Source: Octopus vulgaris
Taxonomy: Eukaryota
Direction: 5' to 3'
NCBI GenBank assembly: GCA_951406725.2
Contig: OX597830.1
Span: 9,176,001 to 9,240,000 of the forward strand
Length of the DNA stretch: 64,000 bases
Below, piece after piece: positions 40,347-54,230 of this stretch. Under the pieces are notes generated by a model. That model worked only from the letters and a program-made list of their open reading frames with translations, was not told where the DNA came from and did no database searches. Every line of letters starts with the position of its first letter. The stretch's first letter is position 1. Position numbers and translations under genes: made by a program.

Positions 40347-40396
40347 ACATTACCCAGTGTTTCATGCAGCTCTCTGAAACTGCACTCATCAGATGT
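40347..40396 (-). ncRNA. Type I hammerhead ribozyme, canonical core
   Basis: acat-CTGATGA-gtgcagttt(caga)gagctgcat-GAAA-cactggg-TA-atgt. Confidence 0.7.
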
Positions 40397-40561
40397 GACT
40401 GTTCGAATCTACTTTGTCGAACGAAAAATGAAAAGCTTCCCTTTTTTCTCGTTAATAGCGAACTACAAAAAACTACATGAAATGTGGAACGGTTAAATGA
40501 CGTGCGTGAAGCTGTGTAAATGTATGTAAATAAATATATATTATTAGAATTCAATACCTGC

Positions 40562-40594
<33 letters not shown>

Positions 40595-40664
40595 TGCGCG
40601 CGCGCGTATGTGTGTATCTGCCTCCCCCTCTCTCTCCCTCTCCCTCTATGTATATCTATATCTA

Positions 40665-40766
<102 letters not shown>

Positions 40767-41032
40767 CATTATTTTCAATGGAAAACAGTCACAAAAGTGA
40801 CTCAATGGCCGAGAGTTTCGTGTACGGCCTCTATCACACTGCTATGCACGAAACTCTATTTCTCGCGAGCCAATTTCGTAATCGTCTACCGATTAATAAT
40901 AATAAAACAAATTAATGTATTTGTATGTATACAAGTATCTACACCCTCTTAAGCACATACGCATGTTTTCTAAACTGTAACAAGGGTAAGGTTTGTTTGA
41001 CTTCAGAGTTTTAGCTTTGCTTGCCAGCATCA

Positions 41033-41079
41033 GACAGTCTGACGACAAGAGGAAGCTCAAAAACTTCGAAGTTACTGTC
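41033..41079 (+). ncRNA. Degenerate hammerhead motif with palindromic stem III
   Basis: gacagt-CTGACGA-caa-gag(gaag)ctc-AAAAA-cttcgaag-TT-actgtc, then AATAAA; partial sister copy on minus at 18917-18939. Confidence 0.5.
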
Positions 41080-41337
41080 AACCTTTTCCATGTAGATGTG
41101 TAATAAACACGTAGTTTAGTAAAAGTGAAATGATATAAAAATTATTTATATATCTGTGTATATATGTAAGTATATACGTAGGCTCGAAACGCCAAATACT
41201 TTTTTCATTTTTCCCAAGAGTTAAACTAAAACTTGGTTGTTGTTCACTTACGTTCGTCTTTTGATTTCTGTAAATTTGAACTATATGTATGTTTGTATGT
41301 ATGTATGTGTATATGTATATTTATATACATACATACA

Positions 41338-41372
<35 letters not shown>

Positions 41373-41523
41373 GTATATATATATATATGTAGATATATAT
41401 ATATATATATATATTTATATATTTAATCAATATAGGGTGGCAAAAAAATTTTGTAGAATTCTTTTGCCACCAGCGGCCTAGTGGGAAAAAATTAAATAGT
41501 CATAAACCATTTTTAAGTTCAAC

Positions 41524-42064
41524 ATCACAATCAAGGAACGGCCATAATAGGCCATTCACCCACTAGAAATAACAGCCAAAAGCTTCAACCGCAAAATAAC
41601 ATCAATTCCGTAAACCAGGAGAAAATTAAAAAAACATTTACCCTGTAATTTCTTGATTTAATTTAATCAGGTTAGTTTACCATTAAACAGTAGACGAAAC
41701 GGTGCATCGGCGGCTTATATTTATTTGCTGCCGATAAATTGGGCGCGAGTGCGATGATTTGAAAATTTTAGGTCAGATATTGCCGAGGCAGGGACGGGAA
41801 TGCCTCGTGAAAAATATCTGTTCCGACTTGGCTATTTCTTACTGATGAATCTAAGGGCCTATGGTAGATTGGCTTGATTTAATTTAATCAGGTTAGTTTA
41901 CCATTAAACAGTAGACGAAACGGTGCATCGTATAAGAAATTACAGGGTAAATGTTTTTTTAATTTTCTCCTGGTTTACGGAATTGATGTTATTTTGCGGT
42001 TGAAGCTTTTGGCTGTTATTTCTAGTGGGTGAATGGCCTATTATGGCCGTTCCTTGATTGTGAT
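41524..42064. mobile_element. Penelope-like terminal structure: 131-bp inverted repeat plus 58-bp direct repeat around a hammerhead
   Basis: 41524-41654 is the reverse complement of 41934-42064; 41652-41709 equals 41873-41930. Confidence 0.8.
41834..41940 (+). ncRNA. Type I hammerhead ribozyme with long stem II insertion
   Basis: atttctta-CTGATGA-atcta..[19-bp G-U-rich hairpin]..tagac-GAAA-cggtgcatcg-TA-taagaaat. Confidence 0.7.
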
Positions 42065-42071
42065 ATATATT

Positions 42072-42155
<84 letters not shown>

Positions 42156-42219
42156 TATATAAATATATATGTATATATACATATGTATATATATATATAT
42201 ATGTATATATGTATATATG

Positions 42220-42282
<63 letters not shown>

Positions 42283-42289
42283 GCATATA

Positions 42290-42447
42290 TGGGTACGGGA
42301 CATTACCAGCAGAAAACAACATGAAATACGAAAACAATTGAGTTCAATACGCAACAGCGAGAGAAACAAATGGAAAAGAGGACGAGTAACATAAAGAGCG
42401 ACCCTTCATCAGTTGTCGGCTGTCTACCTACTCCTCATTTCGAGCTC
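42290..42447 (-). mobile_element. Penelope-like terminal fragment
   Basis: gctcgaaa..cagccgacaaCTGATGAaggg; related fragment at ~1800-1835. Confidence 0.4.
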
Positions 42448-42469
42448 AACTTTCACTGTTTGGATGTAT

Positions 42470-42965
42470 AGGCTGGCAACAGAGACAAGTGGAGAAAACA
42501 AACATACGAAGGATGTCACTCATTCCGTCTAAAGCCAATAAGCTGAGCAACAACCAAAAGAGCTGACCGCAAGGGAGATAAAGTAGAATTAGCGGTTTCT
42601 CATTTAGTTTGCCATGAATGAGACTGAAGATGCTTGTGAAATGTAGGATACCAAAGATAGTTCAGGAGTCATACAGACAACCATCCAGCAGATTATATTT
42701 AATTCGTTATTGCAGACCCGCTTACCTGTAATGTATGTGGCAAAGTTTGCCAGATCCGGACTCATGTGAGATTTGAAAACTCAGTAATCTTCCACCTGAG
42801 AGATCTGACTGTCAAGCCGAAAACATGGATTGGGCTGGCAGCAAACATTGTGAGTCTCTCGCCGGCTTCATGTGTCATTATCGATATCACGTTCGTAAGA
42901 AGGATCCGTCATAAGCCAACCATCAGCGATAATCATGGCCGGCTAACGAGTCGACAGCCATGGTG
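42470..42965 (+). pseudogene. RTE-like LINE 3' remnant with C-terminal C2H2 fingers and (ATGT)n tail
   Basis: RDKWRKQTYEGC; [10 protein letters not shown]; [15 protein letters not shown]; tail runs into (ATGT)n. Confidence 0.6.
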
Positions 42966-43440
<475 letters not shown>

Positions 43441-43827
43441 ATACGTATAATGAGCACGAGCATATGAAAAGCAGGTATAAGGTTTACAAACATTACGACT
43501 TTAAACAAAGCTGAACCTCTCTAATTGGACTCACAATTTTACTGAAAAGAGAGACCTTTAAAAATGCCCGGGGTCCGTAGTAAAAATCATTTAAAGAAGG
43601 CAAAGTCTTTGATAGGGCTAAGGTTAGGGAGCACAGTCATAAGCCTCAATATAAAGGTTTGTATTGGCTGATTCTTCCGAGTCGTCAGAAAGCGGTATGA
43701 CACTTGATCGTAATGTATAGATTACTTCCGCCTTTGTTTTAGGAGTCATGAGTTGATATAGGCACCGGCTCCGCTGTGGCACCATCGACTCAGCAGGACA
43801 TCAATTAATGTAATAGCTGGAAGGAAG

Positions 43828-43893
<66 letters not shown>

Positions 43894-44049
43894 AAGTAGG
43901 CAAAGTGCCAGACATCAGTAACCCAACGGGTGTTTTATTTTATCGATCTCGGCAGGTCGAAAGGAAAGCTTGCCTACGGCGGCGGCATTCGAACTTACAA
44001 TGTAAACGTTACCAGATGATATGTGTCTCTTTGTGTATGTGAGTTTGTA

Positions 44050-44112
<63 letters not shown>

Positions 44113-44166
44113 AAGATAGAGATAGAGAGAAAAGAGACTAAGAAATGATTTGCGTCTATTTCTGTT

Positions 44167-44221
<55 letters not shown>

Positions 44222-44269
44222 GTACTTCTATACATGCACACATATATTCCGTTCCTACTTACTCTTTAC

Positions 44270-44317
<48 letters not shown>

Positions 44318-44370
44318 CACACATATATATGTATATACAAACATACGCACACATATATATGTGTGTGTAC

Positions 44371-44408
<38 letters not shown>

Positions 44409-45048
44409 TTATATATACACACAAGCACAAATTTTTAATGTGTGAATATGCGTATGTGTTTATATAATTTCGTGTGCATATATATGTTTGTGTGTGTTTG
44501 TGGGGTGTGAGTGTGTTTGCGTATGTTTGTGGGGTGTGTGTGTGTGTGTGTGTGTGTACGTACAATACAGACGAAAATCACGAACCGGAAATTGCAACAA
44601 TGTTTACCATCGTTTCACTTGTAAAGTTGAAATGTTAACTTCCGGTGTCTGGCTGAAGGCACCCCACTATCTTTTGTCGGGGAGATAACATCATGACAGC
44701 TCGGCCATGGGGACCAAATGAAGTCAGCTACGGCGGTCATTTCTGGATCTATTTCAACATATTTCCTACTATATGAAGGACATGCGTACATCGGTGTGGG
44801 TGTTTAATTATAAAATTGTGTGACGTTGGTGTGCAATGTCTATTTACACATATATGCACATATATATACACATAACACGCACTCATGCAAACGAAGTTCT
44901 TTGCATATATACACACACACACACACACACATATATATGTATATATATATATACATATCATATATATATGTATATATATATATCATATATGTATGTATAT
45001 ATATATCATATATGTATGTATATATATATCATATCTATGTATATATAT

Positions 45049-45103
<55 letters not shown>

Positions 45104-45105
<2 letters not shown>

Positions 45106-45304
45106 TCTTTTACTTGTTTCAGTCATTTGACTGCGGCCATGCTGGAACACCGCCTTTAATCGAGCAACTCGACCCCGGGACTTGTTCTTTTGTAAGCCCA
45201 GTACTTATTCTTTGCCGAACCTCTAAGCAACGGTGACATAAACACACCAGCATCGGTTGTCAAGCAATGCTAGGGAGACAAACACAGAAACACAAACACA
45301 CACA

Positions 45305-45372
<68 letters not shown>

Positions 45373-45538
45373 TACGACGGACTTCTTTCAGTTTCCGTCT
45401 ACCAAACCCACTCACAAGGCTTTGGTCAGCCCGAGGCTATAATAGAAGACACTTGCCCAAGGTGCCACGCAGTGGGACTGAACCCGGAACCATGTGGTTG
45501 GTAGACAAGCTACTTACTACACAGCCACTCCTGCGCCT
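45104..45538 (-). mobile_element. SINE family A
   Basis: Near full length. Confidence 0.9.
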
Positions 45539-45794
45539 ATATATATATATATATAGTACAAAGTAGGATAGGGGTTATGGGTGTAACCCACTATGGGATA
45601 GCATTTGATTTCAATAATTTATATTATGACTTTTATAATTTGTATTCTTATCTTATATGTATTGAATTATAAGATATATATGTATGCTATTAAGGTTCTC
45701 ATTTTGTTAAATGAATAAATAATTCAACATTCTAATATCCGAAAGTTGATGAACAAACTAAATTTGTTTCTCCATTTTCTTAGTTGTATTATAT

Positions 45795-45859
<65 letters not shown>

Positions 45860-46056
45860 TCGTTGATGGTGTTGGTGATGGTGTTGATGTTATTGTAGTT
45901 GTTGTTTATGTTGTCATTGTTTAGCCACAGGTTGACATTGGGCCAGGAAATTCTTGACCAAAAATGTTCTTGTTTATGACAATGCAATTTAAAAACAAAA
46001 AAAATATTTGATATCTTCCAGTGTGATACACCCCGCTCCCCACACGCATATGTATT

Positions 46057-46442
46057 TTTTCGCTTGTTTCAGTCTTTTGACTGCAGCCATGCTGGAGCAC
46101 CGCCTTTAGGTGAACAAATCGTCCCCAGGACTTATTCTTTGCAAGCCTAGTACTTATTCTATCGGTCTCTTTTGCCGAACCGCTAAGTTACGGGAACGTA
46201 AACCTAGCGGTATCGGTTGTCAAGCGATGGTGTGGGGACAAACACAGACACTACACACAAAGACACACACACGACGGGCTTCTTTCAGTTTCCGTCTACC
46301 AAATCCACTCACAAGGCTTTGGTCGGCCCGAGGCTACAATAGAAGACACCTGCCCAAGATGCCACGCAGCAGGACTGAACCCTGAACCCTGAACCATGTA
46401 CTTGGAAAACCATCTTCTTACCACACAAGCACGCATGCGCCT
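46057..46442 (-). mobile_element. SINE family A
   Basis: Near full length. Confidence 0.88.
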
Positions 46443-46964
46443 ATGACTGGTACTTACATTTTTCGAACCAGTAAAGTTGAGAAAAATATATGATCAAACA
46501 TTTCATGATTCGTTGAACGTCTTGGGATTTGCTCCCCATCTTTCACTATTGGCAAGAAATCTTGAATTAAACTAAACAATGACATACATACATACATACA
46601 TACATACATACATACATACATACATACATACATACATACATACATACACACACATTTATTTAACAGTCTGGATGAGCGTGAATTTTCAGAATAAGAAATC
46701 AACCAACACACATATTGCAAAAAACAATTTATAAGGGTTACAGTAAAAATGTGCAAGACTTTTCTCAAGTTTAGAACGTGACATTGTTTTCGTTATCTAC
46801 ATTCGAACGATGGAGCTTTGTATCTTTGTTAGGAAGCAGCTCCTTCCTCAGAGGAGAATTTAATTAATTGAAAATAGAAGAGGACACATGTGTGTATGTC
46901 TGTCTGTCTGTATGTATGCATGTGTATATGTATGTATGAATGTAAGAGAGTATATATTAATATA

Positions 46965-47030
<66 letters not shown>

Positions 47031-47031
<1 letters not shown>

Positions 47032-47141
47032 GTTGTTGTTTGTTCCTTCTCGAGCCACGCCTGGCTTATCGTCCGGTCTGAGATTCAAACTCGCGATATC
47101 TCAATCGCGAGTCCGTTGTTCTAACCACTAGACCATGTGCC
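47031..47141 (-). mobile_element. Short SINE: family C tRNA head joined to a (CAA)n-tailed 3' end
   Basis: ggcacatggtctagtgg..gagtttgaatc..gataagccaggcgtggctcgagaaggaacaaacaacaac. Confidence 0.65.
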
Positions 47142-48899
47142 TCTATATATACATATATATATATATACGTATATGTATACACATACGTGCACTCAGAGGA
47201 GGAGCTTCTACAGAGATTTTGTCTTTGTATAATTCTCTCATAAGATATTGACCGGCTCTGAGATTTAGTAGAAGATGCCCATGCTGTCAGGCAGTCGGAC
47301 TGAACCCAAGGCCACGTGGAAGCGAAGCGAACTTCTTAACCACAGATCCATGCCTTACAAAAATTTTGGGTATTAATTTCCATCTAATTATCACACTATA
47401 ACTGCTTTCATAAATAAAACTAGTCTCTTATTTCTAGCTTTCTCCATCGTCTAATGCCTTCACGCTATTGAAAGTTAGCAGGCAGAACCTAAATGCTCAC
47501 GTGATGTGATCACAGATCTCCGCCATCTTGTTTTCTCATTTTCTGTATCAAAAATAGTTATTTTTTTCTGTGGATGTTGATTTTGATGGCTTCAAACCGT
47601 TGTTTATAGTTTCTCTGTTCTCCTGACGATTGACTGAAGTTTCTAGAATCAACAATCGATTATCCAAAATGCAGAAATACTGATGATTTAAATGGATTAT
47701 CGATTAGTTATATATAGTTATTTGTTTTTCTAAAAAAATATGCTAAAGCGATAAAATGTATTTTTCAACATAAACTATCGCTTTTTGAAAAACAAATTAC
47801 ATTTTTTTTAAATGACAGAAGATCTTTAAGCCGAAGCTGTGGTATTCATGAGGTCTCATGAGCTGGCAGAATCGTAAATTATTATTATAATTATAAGAGC
47901 TAGCAGATTCATTAGGGCGTTGGAAAAAAAATCTCAACAGTATATGTTTCGGCTTTCTTCTTTCTGAGTTCAAATCTTGCCGATGTCAAATTTTTCTTTT
48001 ACTCTCTCCGCTCCCGCACATACTGGGGTCGATAAGATATAACATCAGTTAACTACTGGGATAGATGAAATCGTCTAACTGGTGGTATTCTTACTTCTCA
48101 AACGCATCTGGTATTGGACAAGCAGTTCTGTGTTGTTGGATCAATACTGTTGCAGATACTTTCTGAAACTCCGGCTGTTGACCCTTTATTCTTTATGATT
48201 TAATTCTTCAAGTGTATTGAACTCACTTCCACATCCCTTGTACTGCCATCACCTTCTGTAGCTCAAAAGAAAGATAATACAAGAATATTCTCTAATTTGA
48301 TATTCTCTAATTTGAAGAACGTCTGTCGCTCGAAGCGTCGATAATTTTGTTTTTCTTTACGTGAAACACATTCGCTTTACATTTAATTATATTCAATTTT
48401 CTTGTTGGATTAAATATGTCCGACTCAGAAACAATGTCTTACATGAATTCTGGATCATTTCAATTCAGAAATATTGATTTTGTTTCCCATATATCTCCTC
48501 TTTGATTTATTACTTCTTTCGAATATTTCACTGCACTGGAATCTCATATAATCTATAGTTTATTTAAAAACAGATCAAAGATGTTCATGTCGTTTTCATC
48601 ACTGTATGGTGATAGAGAGGCTGCTTGATATTAACGTGTTCGCGACTTTGTGTTTCTGCTTTCAAATCTCACTGAAATCATTTTACTTTAGTTCTTCTAG
48701 TACCGGGGAAAAGCCGAAACAGAAAAAAATAAAAAAGGAAAAGGTAAAAGCTAATTGCGTATCTGAATGACAAAGATCAGTAGGGAGTGTTAAGTAGGAT
48801 GAGAAGAGTATGTTACCCTGGATAGGACGCTGGTCTCTTGCAGAGTTTGCCTACGAGAGGAATTGAACTTGGTCCCACATATATTCGAAAAATGCAGTA

Positions 48900-49265
48900 G
48901 ATTCATAATATTGCCACTGGCTACTACATTGAGCTGAATCGCATGATGTTTCCACAGTGAACTGTACCACATTGACGCCACTGACTACAACAGAGAACAG
49001 TACCATATTGATGTGACTGGCTACAAGAGTGAACTGTACCATATTGATGTCACTGGCTACAAAAGTGAACTGTACCACATTGATGCCACAGGCTAAAAGA
49101 GTGAACTGTACCACACTACACTGCCATTGGTTATAAGAGTGGCCTACACAGTATTATATCACCGATGAGTACAATAGTAAACGATATGATATTATGCTGC
49201 TTCTGGTTACAACTGTGAACATTATCCTACATTAGATTACCACCGGTTACAACAGTGAACTACGC
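48900..49265. repeat. Degenerate 36-bp tandem repeat
   Basis: Consensus gtgaactgtaccatattgatgtcactggctacaaga; ~5 good copies plus decayed flanks. Confidence 0.8.
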
Positions 49266-49903
49266 TTCTCTGTGGTATCACTAGCAGTGAGGACTAAGCG
49301 GACTCAAAGTGACGCGTCTTGGCCACAAGAACCAAGTCTGCGCTGGTTCAGGATACAAAGTGCTCCGATGGTTCCAGGGCTATTCTCTAATCTATCCGTC
49401 CAAATTATCTACCCTACCGTTTCCCTCCCACCGGCCATCCACCCATCAACTCTCCGCCCGTCCGTCCGTCCGTCATCCGTCAATCTATCCATCCATCCAT
49501 CTATTCATCCGTCCGTCCGTCCGCCTGTCCGTCCGTCCATCCATCCATCCGTCCGTCCGTCCGTCCATCAATTTCCTTTTATCCACCTGTCTACGCGTCT
49601 ATCCATCCATCATCCATCCATCCATCCATTTCCTTTTATCCAGATCGACCTGTCTACTCGTCCGTCCGTCCGTCCGTCCGTCCATCCATCCATCCATCCA
49701 TCCATCCATCCATCCATCTTCTTTATCCAGATCTACCCGTTTACTCGTCCACCCAGTAAGCCACAATTCATCCGGTACCTGAGACAGTGAAAGGTGGGCA
49801 GAGACTCTGTTAAGGCATTGTTGCTAAGACTGATATCCGTACGTGGATAATTTAGACACACGGACAGATACACAAGAGGGCCACAGATACGTGAGCACGC
49901 ACG

Positions 49904-49958
<55 letters not shown>

Positions 49959-50340
49959 ACAAACACTCACGCTCGTGCATCCACAATTATGGGGTAAACT
50001 ACAAATATACAGGAAATGCGTACATATAAATGAACTTGTATGGTATCGTATAGTGTAATCACTATTTAAAGATGTGATTTTTCTCTACTCTTATTCTTGT
50101 ATTACACACACACACACACACACATGCATTTTCATTATGTTGAACCATTAATTCCTACACCTATTTTTCTTTATCCATTGTTTTCTTCTCAGTCCATTCT
50201 GTCGAAGTGCATAAGATCGAAACGTCAAAGGTTTTTGCTATCCTAACTATTACACATGCTTATCGTCCATTCAGCTGTCTTAGTCTCTTGTTTTCTGTAA
50301 ATTTGAACTGAAACGAGTAAAAGAATAAATGAACAAAAGA

Positions 50341-50378
<38 letters not shown>

Positions 50379-50536
50379 AATATTTGTAAACAATCAGATA
50401 TGCAAGAAGCCATGTTAGCGTTGATTTGTGGGTTCGATTTTGGCTGGAGTTTGTTAATCATTTTTCAGCCATTTGTTTGTATTCATAAATTGTCGCTTTA
50501 AATCGGAGAATAAAATATTATTATGGTATGACACAG

Positions 50537-50575
<39 letters not shown>

Positions 50576-50899
50576 TGCACACACATGTACATATACATAT
50601 GTATGTTTACAAACACATATACACTACTTGCTTCAATCACAAAGTACCTGTCTCTGTGAAATTTACTCATAAGGCAATAGTAGAAGACACGCCAGTTACT
50701 ATACAGTGGAACTGAACCTGAAATCAGGTGGTTGCGGTGCAAACTTCTTAACCACTGACCCATGCCTGCGTCTAATTCATTTCACCATCCATGAAATTTG
50801 AAAAAAAAAAAAAATAAAAAGAGTAAAATTATAATTATTTTGCTTCGCCATTACTCGTTATTAACCAGAGAAGCAAAATATATTCTCAATATATTTGGG

Positions 50900-51233
50900 G
50901 TTAATGACCCCCTTCGGTCATGAATGACCATAGAACTGTACCTAGAAAGTTCCCCTCCAAGGCACAAGTCTGGGCAAGGTTGTTTCAGGGAAGAGCATAG
51001 CCCATGCATATCATCCTCCCCTCTCCATGCCACCGATGTTATCCAATGGAAAGGCAAAGGGGCCGATACAGCTTGGTACCAGTGACGTCGCAACTCATTT
51101 CTACAGCTGAGTGAACTGGAGCAACGTGAAATAAAGTATCTTACTCAAGAACACAACACACAGCCTGGTACGCGAATCGAACTCACTACTTCGTGATTGT
51201 GAGCTCATCGCTGTAACCACTGAGCCATGAGCC
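50900..51233 (-). mobile_element. SINE family D with RTE-like 3' tail
   Basis: Head ggctcatggctcagtgg..gagttcgattc; body tgtgttcttgagtaagatactttatttcacgttgctccagttcactcagctg. Confidence 0.75.
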
Positions 51234-51508
51234 TTTCTATGTTGGTGGTTATACCCTAGTTTTAAAGATATTTTAACTGCGGTAATATCTCTTCGTCGCC
51301 ATCTATATGGAAGTGTGGATGGGTAGATGGTTGTCTGGTTCGTCGGGTGGTGGTTGGCTTGCTGTCCCGTTGGTTGGTTGGCAGGTTGGCTGGCCGGCTG
51401 GCGTTGAGGCTTTAATCTGTTGCGATCAGCACTTGTTGCAAGAGGTGTGTTCATATACCCTGGGGTGACGATTACCTCGGTAACGACGACGGCAACGACT
51501 GCAACAGT

Positions 51509-51551
<43 letters not shown>

Positions 51552-52136
51552 GAGCAGCAGCAGCAATAATGAGAGCAACAACAGTAATAAAAATAATAGA
51601 AAGAACCGCAAGAACAAGAAGTAGAACAATAACAGCAACAACAACAACAATAAAAAATAGAATTGCACCAAAAGAGCAGCGGTAGAAGCAGCAGCAGCAT
51701 CAACGAAAAAAACTAAAACAAAAACAGCAGAAAACAACAGCAACAACAACAAGAACATCGACAAAACCAATAATACGTACAGCAACAACAATTTCAATAG
51801 CAAAACAACAACACCTACAACAGCAACAACAATAACTGCATCCAGAAATCTATAACAGCAGCAGCAAGAACAGCAGCTGCAATAGCAACAGCAGCATTTG
51901 CAGCAGTAACAACGGCAGATTACCGAGGCTAAAAAAAAAAATGAAAATACAAACCAAAAATGAAAATAAAATATAAAAAATCCCTTGACGTGTGAGGTTG
52001 TTGATAACATCGCATTTTAAATGACTTGAAGGAAAGGAAGATAGGGTACAAGAGTAGATAAGAGCGGGTGGCTTACGGGTGCAGAGAGTGTAATAGTAAA
52101 AGGAGATGGAAATGGAGAGGTAGGGTGGATGAGAGG

Positions 52137-52168
<32 letters not shown>

Positions 52169-52759
52169 GTAGTGAGTGAAAGAGAGAGCGGGGAGATAGG
52201 GAGAGTGAGAGAAAGGAGTGTGTGAAATAGTTCGATATACAAAGGTAGAATGGGAGAGAAATATAGGAAAGGAGAGAGAGAGAGAGAGAGAATAAGGGAA
52301 AGGAGGAGGGAAGGAGAGAAGGAGAGAGGGATAAAAAGGGAGTGAGAGAGGGGGAGGGGGATATGAAAGGGAGAGAAATGGAGAGAAGGGGAGAGGAATG
52401 TATGAAACACTTCGATATACAGAGATAGAATGGGAGAGAAATACAAGAAGATAGTGAGGGAGACGGAGGGAGAGGGAGGGAGAAAAGGAGAGAGTGATAA
52501 GAGAGGGAGAGAGAGAAGGAGAGAGGGATAAGTGAGGGAGAGAGAGAAGGTGAGAGGGATAAGTGAGGGGAAGAGAGGGAGAGGTGTGAGTGAAATTGTT
52601 CAATATGTAGAGAAAATGGGAAGAGAGGGACAAGAAGAGAGAGAGACAGAGAAAGAAAGTGAGAGAGAGAGAGAGAGAGAGAGAGACTGACAGACAGAGA
52701 TTGATAGACAGAGAGACCGACAGCTACATACGTAAATACATGCATACATGCATAAGCAT

Positions 52760-52797
<38 letters not shown>

Positions 52798-52899
52798 AAA
52801 AATATATTACCATCATTATTATCAACATCGCCATCGTCATCGTCATCGTCATAAGCATTATCTTCTTCCTTCTTCCCCTCCTCCTCCTAATCGTCACCC

Positions 52900-52965
52900 C
52901 ACCCCACCACTATCATCATCATCACCATCATCATCATCTTCATCATCATAATCATCATCATCATC

Positions 52966-52999
<34 letters not shown>

Positions 53000-53007
53000 C
53001 CACCACT

Positions 53008-53062
<55 letters not shown>

Positions 53063-53070
53063 CCACCACT

Positions 53071-53113
<43 letters not shown>

Positions 53114-53121
53114 CCACCACT

Positions 53122-53170
<49 letters not shown>

Positions 53171-53196
53171 CCACTATCATCATCATCATCATCATC

Positions 53197-53233
<37 letters not shown>

Positions 53234-53393
53234 CCACCACTATCATCATCATCATCATCATCATCATCCCCACCACTATCATCATCATCATCATCATCTT
53301 CATCATCATCATCATCTTCATCATCATCATCATCCCACCACTATCATCATCATCATCATCATCATCATCCTCACCACTATCATCATCATCATC

Positions 53394-53427
<34 letters not shown>

Positions 53428-53435
53428 CCACCACT

Positions 53436-53469
<34 letters not shown>

Positions 53470-53477
53470 CCACCACT

Positions 53478-53525
<48 letters not shown>

Positions 53526-53570
53526 TCCACCACTATCATCATCATCATCATCATCATCATCCCCACCACT

Positions 53571-53622
<52 letters not shown>

Positions 53623-53630
53623 CCACCACT

Positions 53631-53688
<58 letters not shown>

Positions 53689-53714
53689 CCACCACTATCA
53701 TCATCATCATCATC

Positions 53715-53751
<37 letters not shown>

Positions 53752-53765
53752 CCACCACTATCATC

Positions 53766-53808
<43 letters not shown>

Positions 53809-53816
53809 CCACCACT

Positions 53817-53862
<46 letters not shown>

Positions 53863-53870
53863 CCACCACT

Positions 53871-53943
<73 letters not shown>

Positions 53944-53987
53944 CCACCACTATCATCATCATCATCATCATCATCATCCCCACCACT

Positions 53988-54069
<82 letters not shown>

Positions 54070-54077
54070 CCACCACT

Positions 54078-54135
<58 letters not shown>

Positions 54136-54143
54136 CCACCACT

Positions 54144-54177
<34 letters not shown>

Positions 54178-54230
54178 CCACCACTATCATCATCATCATC
54201 ATCATCATCGTCGTCGTCATCATCATCCTT
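52900..54230. repeat. Compound satellite: (CAT)n runs punctuated by CCCCACCACTAT
   Basis: About 23 punctuating motifs with variable CAT run length. Confidence 0.95.

Noticed and set aside
41750-41782. SECIS-like ATGA..AAA..GA near the PLE terminus
   Set aside because: Helix too short for a SECIS.
47495-47535. E-box plus YY1-like CGCCATCTTG (similar motifs at 27732 and 55552; GTCACGTGAC at 63448)
   Set aside because: Short motifs without an associated gene or TSS evidence; common in repeats.
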